Assembly (NCBI GenBank): GCA_029262755.1
Contig: JAJCYU010000149.1
Span: 1 to 33,976, forward strand
DNA length: 33,976 nt
Reading direction: 5' to 3'
DNA from: Anaerolineae bacterium
GTDB lineage: Bacteria; Chloroflexota; Anaerolineae; Epilineales; Epilineaceae
The notes below the pieces were generated by a model. It saw only the letters and a program-made list of their open reading frames with translations, was not told where the DNA came from and ran no database searches. Position numbers and translations under genes: made by a program. Shown here one piece after another: positions 18,261 through 25,874 of this stretch (its first letter is position 1; each line of letters begins with the position of its first letter).

Positions 18261-18833
18261 ATGAAGTGCGAAATGCCAGGCGGATGGAAAGGCGGGAGCG
18301 ACCGCGTCGCAGTTCCACGTTTCGAACGCGAGATCCCGCAGCACTCGAGATATGTAGAACCGGACCGATCCGAAGCGATGGAGCGGGCCCAGTTGCTCGC
18401 GGCGCAGATTCGGGCGGCCGCCCGTGCGCGCATGCAAGCCTCGTCCGATGAGATCGCGGCCGCAGTCCCGGCGGCGATGACTAGTCCCAACCCGTCAAAG
18501 CAACGGACGTTCGCTGAGCACGCACCGGGCCGTCCTAGGCCGAGCGGCAGCCGGCCAGGAGTGCGGTCCATGAACGATGGCCTGGCACGATCCCTGTACC
18601 AGGACCAGAACCAGTACAAACTCCCACGGGATCAGCACGATGCCTATGGAGTCGAACAGGGTCAGCGTTGGTCTCCGGTGATCGTCGCCGGTCTTATCGC
18701 GGGCCTGGCCGCATGGGCGGCTCCGCGATTCCCGAGTCCACGTCGGCCGCGAGGCGAGGCTCGAGCGCGCCTGTCTAACGGCGGGCACGGAGCGGTCCTA
18801 GCGCGAGAGCTCACGCGCGCCCGCCCCACCTAG
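18261..18833 (+). CDS. Hypothetical protein with one possible C-terminal hydrophobic segment
   Basis: 190-aa ORF with GAAGGGA upstream, a WSPVIVAGLIAGLAAWAA segment, and a stop 21 nt before a strong hairpin. No family recognised. Confidence 0.4.
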   Translation: MKCEMPGGWKGGSDRVAVPRFEREIPQHSRYVEPDRSEAMERAQLLAAQIRAAARARMQASSDEIAAAVPAAMTSPNPSKQRTFAEHAPGRPRPSGSRPGVRSMNDGLARSLYQDQNQYKLPRDQHDAYGVEQGQRWSPVIVAGLIAGLAAWAAPRFPSPRRPRGEARARLSNGGHGAVLARELTRARPT

Positions 18834-18840
18834 ATTATCT

Positions 18841-19014
18841 TCCTCGGGGCACGAGGTGAGGGCCCGGTTCCTTTGCAGGAACCGGGCCCTCACCGATGTT
18901 AATTGTGGCGCCGAAACTAGCGGACGGTCTTCCGTAGCTACTAGGCCGACGGCCGCAGCGCCTCATCCAAGACATCCAAACCTCGGGCCAGTTCGCCTCA
19001 TGTGCATCGCGGGA
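18841..19014. ncRNA. Candidate structured non-coding RNA (6S-RNA-like rod, or attenuator-like switch)
   Basis: The ends 18841-18867 and 18982-19014 are complementary. Nested stems include GGCGC/GCGCC, CTAG/CTAG and CGGA/TCCG. Contains a perfect 18-bp hairpin. Length of about 175 nt fits 6S RNA. Strand unresolved. Confidence 0.4.
18855..18894. terminator. Perfect 18-bp hairpin between convergent units
   Basis: GGTGAGGGCCCGGTTCCT-TTGC-AGGAACCGGGCCCTCACC. The loop is GCAA (GNRA) on the minus strand. No U-tract. Confidence 0.6.
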
Positions 19015-19096
19015 CTCTTCATCGCGGAATCCTGAGTGCCTGAGCCGTAGCAATGTCCCCTGCTCCCGCGCCGACCGTTCGACCCGAACGACGGTC

Positions 19097-19300
19097 TCAG
19101 CGCCTCCCGTACCGCCCGCGCCGTCTAACCCAGGCCGTCTTCACCACCTCCTCCTCCGCCAGCTCCATGAGCTGCGCGAACCAAGAATCAACGTGGTTCG
19201 TCCGCGCTCGGTGGATGGTGCTCGCGTCTGCCTTCATCAATCGTTCGACCGTCAGGGAAAGAGGCCGCGCCGAGTTGTCCGCTTCGCATGTGCTTCGCAT
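19097..19300 (-). pseudogene. Probable truncated remnant of an SRPBCC/AHSA1-like gene
   Basis: SARPLSLTVERLMKADASTIHRARTNHVDSWFA matches the N-terminal pattern of SRPBCC proteins (L..ER...A....++.AWT.....WF) with W>R. The similarity stops after WFA. Confidence 0.4.
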
Positions 19301-19462
19301 TGACCTTGGACGATCTCGGCGCAAACGAATGGGGCGGGATCGCAAGCGATCCCACCCCATTGGTTGTACTTTGTCGGTGCCAGACCGTCTTGCCCGCCCC
19401 GCTCGCTCCATGCGGGTCCCGCGGATGATCGGTGCCGCGGCCAGCCGCGGAGGCAGCCAGAC

Positions 19463-20356
19463 CTACCGATCAGCGAGGGCTACGGGTTCTGCGTCCACTT
19501 CGTTTCCGGCATCCGAGACATCACGCGACGCGCGCTCTTCGATCGCCGCGCGAATCTGATCGATGCGACGCCCTGGATCGGGGTGCGTGCTGAAGAACTC
19601 CGGCGGTCGCGCCGAGCTGCCGGCTGCGTCCAGCTTCTTCATGACCGATATCAACGCCTCCGGATCGTAGCCGGCCTCGTCCATCAAGCGCACGGCCAGC
19701 CGATCCGCCTCAATCTCGTGTTCGCGCGTAAATCCCTTCGTGACAACCTGCGCCACGAGCGCCGCAGCTTCCGCGCTTCCCCGGGACGCCGGATTGCTGG
19801 GATCGTAGAGCGCAGCCGCCGCGGCGCCGCTGATGCCCTGCGCGAGCTTGGCCTTGGCCACGGTCTCAGCGGAGTGCCGGCCGACGACGTGGGCGATCTC
19901 GTGGGCCAGCACGCCGGCAAGCTCTTCCTCGGTTTCGAAGAGATCATAGATGGCGGCCGTCAGGAAAATCTGGCCTCCGGGCAACGCGAACGCGTTGACG
20001 GTGCGCTCGTCGGCCAAGAGGTGAAAGTCGAATTGGTACGGCGACTCGTCCGCGTCGCCCCGTTCAACGATCCGATCGCCGACCTCGTCAATGTAGGCCT
20101 GGAGGGCAGAGTCAGCGTGCAAGCCGCCATGCTGGGCGGCCATCTGGGGCGCGGCCTGCAAACCGAGCGCGATCTCTTGCTCCGGGCTCAGCGCGACACG
20201 TTGCACTTCGCCCGTGAAGGTGTTGGTTTCCTCGCGCGTCGTGGTGAAGTAGCCGATGACAGCAAACAGCACGAGCACTCCTGCCATGACAAGCCTGCCT
20301 GGCAAGGCGACGGAGCGTCGTCGGAGGGTCGAGCGTTGCATACGCGAATCGATCAT
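19463..20356 (-). CDS. M48 family zinc metallopeptidase (Oma1/BepA-like), membrane anchored
   Basis: N-terminal TM, QEIALG, VNAFALPGG, ELAGVLAHEIAHV (HEXXH), EIEADR, PEFFSTHP. GAGG RBS. Confidence 0.93.
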   Translation of the reverse strand: MIDSRMQRSTLRRRSVALPGRLVMAGVLVLFAVIGYFTTTREETNTFTGEVQRVALSPEQEIALGLQAAPQMAAQHGGLHADSALQAYIDEVGDRIVERGDADESPYQFDFHLLADERTVNAFALPGGQIFLTAAIYDLFETEEELAGVLAHEIAHVVGRHSAETVAKAKLAQGISGAAAAALYDPSNPASRGSAEAAALVAQVVTKGFTREHEIEADRLAVRLMDEAGYDPEALISVMKKLDAAGSSARPPEFFSTHPDPGRRIDQIRAAIEERASRDVSDAGNEVDAEPVALADR

Positions 20357-20599
20357 GGTCGGTGACCTCTCATCTCAACGTGCGGCGCAAGGGTGCGCCG
20401 CGTTCGGGTCTACTGATCACGATAGGCGTCGCAGCGCCGGACCGGACTGGCGGTTGCGCCAGGAGCATGCGACCAGTCGAGACAGGAACGCTGTACGAAG
20501 GGCGTATCGATTGGTATCCGGGGGGGATTGTTCAGACAGCGGAGTAGAGTGGATTTTGGGTCGGGCACGCTCCGGCCGGTCGGCGAACTCCCGATTCGG

Positions 20600-21292
20600 T
20601 CACGTCCCGCGTCCCACATCCGGATCCTGTATCTCCGGGTGCCGCATGCGATCCCACTCGCGGAAACCGTCGGCGAGCTGGGGCAGCACGAACCATGCGG
20701 TTGCCGCGCCGAACAACACGCCGGTTATCGTGCGCAGCAGCGGCGTGCTCGTTCGAAGGCCAACCAGGCCGGTCAGACCGTCGACCGCGATGGGAATCAT
20801 GGCGACGAGGTACAGACGGAGGGGGAGCCCCTTTGGTGGCGGCTTGGATTGCTTAGCGCGCGCGTGATTCCAGATGGCGTAGACCACGCTTGCGGCAAAC
20901 ACCGCCCCCCAGATCGCGGTGTCACGTTGGCAGATCGCCGCCTGGTAGCCTACGGCCGCGGCACGAACGGGCGCGTGAAACGCCGACAAGGGCGAGTCGA
21001 TTGCTACGCCCGTGAACGGTTGGACCTCCGCCCAGGCGTAGTGGAAACGGGGCCCGAACAGGAACCAACTGTGATGGGGCAATTGATGGCACGTGGGTAG
21101 ATAGAGCGTGTAGATCACGCCGGCCGCACGCTGCCAGCCCATTCGGGCTAACAACGGCGCGACAAAGGGCAAGGCGATGAACCCACCTGTGGCTATCAGC
21201 CATCCCGCCAGCCAGTGTCGGGTCAGCCACGTCAACCCAGCGGAAAACGGTGTCTCCTGCAACGTGGACGCCCGTCGCCCTTGCTCATTCAA
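20600..21292 (-). CDS. DUF2085 family multi-pass membrane protein
   Basis: LPFVAPLL, IY..Y...CHQLP..S.FLFG, YQ.AICQRD.AI, P.AVDGLT, LRTITGVLFG. TTG start proposed because it overlaps the upstream stop (TTGA). Confidence 0.82.
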   Translation of the reverse strand: MNEQGRRASTLQETPFSAGLTWLTRHWLAGWLIATGGFIALPFVAPLLARMGWQRAAGVIYTLYLPTCHQLPHHSWFLFGPRFHYAWAEVQPFTGVAIDSPLSAFHAPVRAAAVGYQAAICQRDTAIWGAVFAASVVYAIWNHARAKQSKPPPKGLPLRLYLVAMIPIAVDGLTGLVGLRTSTPLLRTITGVLFGAATAWFVLPQLADGFREWDRMRHPEIQDPDVGRGT

Positions 21293-21552
21293 TGGACGTC
21301 CGACGCCTCGGAGTCCTGCCGGTCGGGATCGAGTCCGCGCAGCGCAGCCAGATCGGCCAGCGCAGCACGCTTCCGCACGAAGAGCGAGATGCCATACCCC
21401 CCGAGGAGCAGTGCCGTCACCATGTACGCGGCCATGACGTAGCCACCCCCCGTGGAGCTTGCCTGCCCGCCGTCGCCTTGCGCCAGGACGACCAACGGCA
21501 AACGCAGCAAGCCGACTGCAGCGATGGCAGTGGCAACGAAGGCACGCAACAT
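21289..21552 (-). CDS. Small membrane protein, CcmD-like
   Basis: YVMAAYMVTALLLGGYGISLFVRKR followed by a charged tail, the pattern typical of heme exporter protein D. AGGGAG RBS. Located in a ccm operon. Confidence 0.6.
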   Translation of the reverse strand: MLRAFVATAIAAVGLLRLPLVVLAQGDGGQASSTGGGYVMAAYMVTALLLGGYGISLFVRKRAALADLAALRGLDPDRQDSEASDVH

Positions 21553-21623
21553 GGCGGTTCTCCCTGGATGCATTGAGGCGATCGTTGGTCGCAGGAACGT
21601 TGGAGACACGATGGCTCGTCTGC

Positions 21624-23852
21624 CTACTCGTGCGACGTGGGTTCGTTTCGAGTATTCGCCCCGACGTCGTGTGCGGGTTCTTGCGACGCCTCGACGGCGG
21701 CGTGAATGAGCGGCAACGCCTGTTCCAGCAGTGCGGCCCGGCGCGCCGCGTAGTCACGGGGCGCCAACCGTCCGTCGCGATTCGCCGCGTCCAACGCTGC
21801 GAGACGGTCGAGGATTCTCCCCCGCGCGCGTGCATCGCGATCCGCGGCACTGCTCGATGCGTTGTTGACGCCGCTGGGACTCCAGAATGTAACAACGAGG
21901 GCGATCAACGCCGCCGCCCCAGCCATGGACATCGCCAAGAGCGCGATTGTCCGCGGTGCCATCGGAAGGTCCGGCATCGGTGCGAGTGCGGTTTGCGGTG
22001 ATGTCACGGCTTCCGGCAAGCCGGTGAGACGTGTCGTAACGGCCAACCCGGACTCCAACAGGCGTCCGCCGACCCGCTCCAATGCTACCCCTTCCAACTC
22101 GGTCGGGGCACGGTCGGGAAGCTGCTCGCTCTCGATTCGCACAGCCGGGTCAGACGCGACGACGGTCATTTCCCCGAGTCGCGCATCCAGCACGCGCGTC
22201 AAATCGAGCGCGTTGCCGGCGTAGGGAACGACATAGCCGACGAGAATCTCATGCTCACCGGGTGGTACGGGCCGAAAGTCGAGCAGCACGTCGCCCTCTT
22301 GCCTAGCGTCCTGTCCGGCCTGCACATCGACGACCCGCGCACTCGCCGCGCCGACAGGCAGTGGTAGGCCAACCGTCGGTTCATCGCTTCCGGGCCGAGC
22401 GACTCGCGCGAGGCCGGATCGGTTGACCAGCACCCAGCGCTCGAGCACCTCGACGACGCCGTCCTCGGGACGAGGCGACAAGAGCGCGGTCATGCTGAGC
22501 ATGCCGATCGGAGCGGTGGGGTCGGCCGCGTAGACCGGCATGCGCAGCGCAGTGGCGCTTGCAGTCTCGTCGTCGTCTCCGCCATCGTCGCGTGCGGAAC
22601 CGACGGCCTCCCCGGGATCGGCGAGCGCGCCGCGATCGGCCGAGACGGGGTGAGCGAGCGGGTAGCGAACGCCGGCGATCTCGGCCGCGATCTCCCATTG
22701 CACGTTCGGTCCGGCAAGCACGTTCGTCGCGCTGAACATTCCTGTCGCGTCGACGGGAATGGTGATGGCTTCGCCCGGCACCGCGATCGCGCCCACAAAC
22801 GCGTAGGGACGTGCCTGCAGGGTCGCAGCACCCACGTCGATCGTGCGCAGATCGGCGTCCTCAGCGGGGACGACGCGGCCGGCCAGCATGCCGTCTGCGA
22901 CGATTCCATCGGCAACGGCGTGCTCAAATGAAAGAGATGTCACGTGGTCCAGGGCCAGCCGCACCGTAGCGTCGTCGAGTTCATTGATGTTGGGGTGGCG
23001 CGCCGCGTCCAGCGCCCGAACCCGGCGTAGCTGCTCGTCTGTCGAGCGGACCGCCATCGCCTCAAGATCGCCAAGTGGGGCGGACGGCACGCCGTCGCCT
23101 CCCTCGCCGTGGCAGGACGCGCACGAGGTCGTATACGCGTCTCGGCCGCGCGCGAGGCGGGTCGGAGTAAGGGACCACGCCATCGAGCCGGCTACGGCGT
23201 CCCAACGCGCGTCGACATCCAATGCTTCGCGCCATGGAGGCATCAACCGCTCGATACGACCGTTGGTGATGATGTCGTAGAGTTGGGCCGCGGTTTGGTC
23301 GTGCGCACGGAGACGATCCGACAGGTCGGGCGGCGGCGCGGGCAGACCGTCCACCATGGATCCGTCGCCGCGGCCGCTCGGGCCGTGGCAATCCGCACAC
23401 CGCTGCGCAAAGAGCGCGACGCCCGCGTCCATGTCCGGCGCGCGCGAAGGCCAGGCGATCTCGGCTGCGGTCGTTGGCGTGACGGGCGGGTTGCTGGAAG
23501 TTTCGGTGGCCTGGACGAGATCCGCGGCGTGCACGGCGCGCCCTGCTTCGGGTCGGGACAGCGGTAGGAGCCCAATGATCAGGAGCACGAGTAGCGTCGA
23601 GAGCGCTATCGGCAGCGTTCGCCGGCAGGATCGGGCCAGGCGAGGGCGCAATGGCAGCGACGCGCGGGCGATCGTCGAATCCGCTCGGCGCACGCTGGGC
23701 ATGGACCGCGACGCGCCGCTCCTGTCGGTGGACCCCAGACACGGACGAAGCTTCGAAGATCGCGCGGCTTGCCGCCGATTCCTGCGCCCCCCGATGCGGA
23801 TCACGACCGTCCTCGCGTCGCGGCCCGCCGTGCGAGCTCCGACTCGATCCAT
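21624..23852 (-). CDS. Membrane-anchored di-heme c-type cytochrome with large C-terminal extracytoplasmic domain
   Basis: Signal/TM segment, CADCH...MPPW, second motif CASCH, beta-rich region, C-terminal TM and charged helix. The start is probably downstream of 23852. Confidence 0.85.
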   Translation of the reverse strand: MDRVGARTAGRDARTVVIRIGGRRNRRQAARSSKLRPCLGSTDRSGASRSMPSVRRADSTIARASLPLRPRLARSCRRTLPIALSTLLVLLIIGLLPLSRPEAGRAVHAADLVQATETSSNPPVTPTTAAEIAWPSRAPDMDAGVALFAQRCADCHGPSGRGDGSMVDGLPAPPPDLSDRLRAHDQTAAQLYDIITNGRIERLMPPWREALDVDARWDAVAGSMAWSLTPTRLARGRDAYTTSCASCHGEGGDGVPSAPLGDLEAMAVRSTDEQLRRVRALDAARHPNINELDDATVRLALDHVTSLSFEHAVADGIVADGMLAGRVVPAEDADLRTIDVGAATLQARPYAFVGAIAVPGEAITIPVDATGMFSATNVLAGPNVQWEIAAEIAGVRYPLAHPVSADRGALADPGEAVGSARDDGGDDDETASATALRMPVYAADPTAPIGMLSMTALLSPRPEDGVVEVLERWVLVNRSGLARVARPGSDEPTVGLPLPVGAASARVVDVQAGQDARQEGDVLLDFRPVPPGEHEILVGYVVPYAGNALDLTRVLDARLGEMTVVASDPAVRIESEQLPDRAPTELEGVALERVGGRLLESGLAVTTRLTGLPEAVTSPQTALAPMPDLPMAPRTIALLAMSMAGAAALIALVVTFWSPSGVNNASSSAADRDARARGRILDRLAALDAANRDGRLAPRDYAARRAALLEQALPLIHAAVEASQEPAHDVGANTRNEPTSHE

Positions 23853-24166
23853 GCGGTTCTTTGCGCCGCGCTGCCTGCTTCGCCCTCGGCGAGACGATCG
23901 AGCGCCGCCAGGATCGAGGCGCCCTGCGCGATGGTTTCGGCGCGCAGCCGCGCGTGATCCGCGGGCCCGATGCGACCATCCGCCGCATCCGCATCAAGAT
24001 CGCGCAACGAGGCGAGGGCGGCTTCGCGTTCGGCCAGCAAGCCGATGACCCGCGGGTCGGGGCCGGCTGCGCTATGGCCGCCGCGCCAGAGCGGAGCGAG
24101 CACCCATGCCCAGACCGCCAGGGCCACGAGGAAGCCCGCGGCCAATAGCACGCTCGCGGCACTCAT
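23801..24166 (-). CDS. Small membrane protein resembling the N-terminal part of CcmI/CycH
   Basis: TM ending VLAPLWR, then LLAEREAALASLRDLDAD...GRI...DHARLR. ATGA overlap with the ccmG-like gene. Confidence 0.7.
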   Translation of the reverse strand: MSAASVLLAAGFLVALAVWAWVLAPLWRGGHSAAGPDPRVIGLLAEREAALASLRDLDADAADGRIGPADHARLRAETIAQGASILAALDRLAEGEAGSAAQRTAWIESELARRAATRGRS

Positions 24167-24930
24167 CGCCGGGGCGGCCGTGTTGGGATGCGATTGGAAG
24201 AGGGCGCCAAGGCAATGGGGAGACCGTGCTCCGTCGCGCCGGAGCCGACATCACCGTCGGCCAGCAGCGCTTCAAGCGTGTTTCGCAAATCGTCCGGTGT
24301 GTAGCCACCTCCGGGCACGATCGGTCCGACGATCTTCGCAAGCGGACGTTGCTCGCCCGCGACACGCAGCGGAACGATGCGTCCTTCACGGTCGATGAGC
24401 ACGGTCTCCGGGACGCCGGTTAGACCGTAGCGACTGGATATGCGAGCGCCCAAATCCGGACCATTGGGATAGCTGATTTGGAGCCGTTCCAGATAGTCCA
24501 GCGCGGCGGCCTCGGTGTCCGTGTAGTCCACACCCAGGACCAGCACACCACGATCTTGAAACTCGCGCCAGACCGCTACCAGATCTGCCGCTTCCACAGA
24601 GCACTCGATGCACCACGACGCCCAGAAATTCAGCACGATCACCCGGCCTCGAAGCGCAGAGAGCTCGTACTGCTCTCCCTCGAAGCTGTTCAAGGTGAAA
24701 TCCGGGGCGGGCTCGCCGGGTTGAAGGGCGGCACCCGGTTCCCGAAGCGCAAAGGCGAGCACTGCGATCACAGCGAACGCGGCGACGATACCAACCAACA
24801 GCAGGACCGACGCCGCGCCTCGGCCGCTGGGAATGGACCGACCCGTCAGCCTACCGCTTGCCGCATCGCGCTCCGGAACGGGGGGCGGGGCGGGGTTCTC
24901 GCGCGTCGGCGTTGGGAGGTCGCTCGTCAT
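24163..24930 (-). CDS. ccmG: Membrane-anchored TlpA/ResA/CcmG-type thiol-disulfide oxidoreductase
   Basis: APDFTL, VLNFWASWCIEC, YGLTGVPET.LID.EG. N-terminal TM. Position after ccmH. Confidence 0.85.
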   Translation of the reverse strand: MTSDLPTPTRENPAPPPVPERDAASGRLTGRSIPSGRGAASVLLLVGIVAAFAVIAVLAFALREPGAALQPGEPAPDFTLNSFEGEQYELSALRGRVIVLNFWASWCIECSVEAADLVAVWREFQDRGVLVLGVDYTDTEAAALDYLERLQISYPNGPDLGARISSRYGLTGVPETVLIDREGRIVPLRVAGEQRPLAKIVGPIVPGGGYTPDDLRNTLEALLADGDVGSGATEHGLPIALAPSSNRIPTRPPRR

Positions 24931-25874
24931 GATGAGCGCGAGCCGTCTAAGGCTTCCGCGGACGGGGGTGGTGTTTTGCCGTTCCCGGAGCCGCTCACGG
25001 CGTCATCCACGGAGTCGCTCGCGGCATCGGGCGACGGCTCGGAAGGCGCACCGTGATCGCCGGCTGCCGACGGAGTCCCCCGTTGGGTCGTGTTCACGAT
25101 GTCTGCCTTCGGCTCGCCCGGATCCCTGTGTGAAAGTTGCTCGAAGGCGCGCGCGTAGGGGTCGACGGTTCCCGTGGCAGCACCGCGATTGGCGGATGTT
25201 TCTCGCGCTGCGTTGACCGGGTCCGACGCTCCTTTGCGGCTGCTCGAAGGGGTCCTGGACTGCGGCTCCCCTGCCCGTCGCGCGTCGGTACTACCGAGCT
25301 GCGGATCCTGCCCCGCATCGACTGCCGGAGGTATGGGACGTTCGGCGTCATTGATCGTTTGGGTGGTCCCACGTCCACGTTGCCGCCAGCCCCAGGTTCC
25401 CACCCCTAGCGAGGCTAGCAGGAGTACAGCGGGCGGTAGCCACCACGCAAGTAGAAAGAGGCCGCGTTTGGGCGGTGCGTTGAGCACTTGCGGGCCGTAG
25501 TAGCCGACGAATTCCTCGATAATGGCCGCTTCGCCGACGCCGGCGGCCAGCCGCTCGCGAATCTGTCCGCGCATTTGGGCGCAGACGGTCAAGGGGCAAT
25601 CGCGCAGGTTGTAGCCCTCGCACGTCGGGCAGTTCAGTTGTTGGGCAATGGCCGACACGTCTTCGTCCGGCACGGCGGAGGTATCGATTGCTCCCGTCGG
25701 TAGCGCGGGCTGAACGCGTGGCATCGCCAACGCTCGCGGCGACGCGGTTGCTGCGATCACGACTGCAACGAGGGCGATGAGCAGCGGCCCGTGCCGCCGA
25801 TGGCTCTCTCGGCTTCCCGTCCGTTCGCGCGGACCGTGGGTCCGTTCGCGGTGATCTACATCGCCTTCGCGCAT
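24927..25874 (-). CDS. ccmH: Cytochrome c-type biogenesis protein CcmH with long low-complexity C-terminal tail
   Basis: LNCPTCEG..L.DC...C.QMR.QI...L..G.....I...FV..YG..VL..PP, then TM LAWWLP. ATG overlaps the ccmF stop (TGATG). Confidence 0.87.
   Translation of the reverse strand: MREGDVDHRERTHGPRERTGSRESHRRHGPLLIALVAVVIAATASPRALAMPRVQPALPTGAIDTSAVPDEDVSAIAQQLNCPTCEGYNLRDCPLTVCAQMRGQIRERLAAGVGEAAIIEEFVGYYGPQVLNAPPKRGLFLLAWWLPPAVLLLASLGVGTWGWRQRGRGTTQTINDAERPIPPAVDAGQDPQLGSTDARRAGEPQSRTPSSSRKGASDPVNAARETSANRGAATGTVDPYARAFEQLSHRDPGEPKADIVNTTQRGTPSAAGDHGAPSEPSPDAASDSVDDAVSGSGNGKTPPPSAEALDGSRSS

Noticed and set aside
17236..18318. 360-aa minus-strand ORF
   Set aside because: Nearly half is antisense to the YciF-like gene and it runs through a perfect hairpin. 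No recognisable domain.
17746..18894. Hairpins as REP/MITE ends or CRISPR repeats
   Set aside because: The hairpins differ in sequence, are not regularly spaced, and have no target-site duplication, transposase or cas gene nearby.
21293..21895. N-terminal extension of the 431-aa DUF2085 ORF
   Set aside because: Overlaps the ccmD-like gene and the cytochrome 3' end. Family similarity begins only after 21292.
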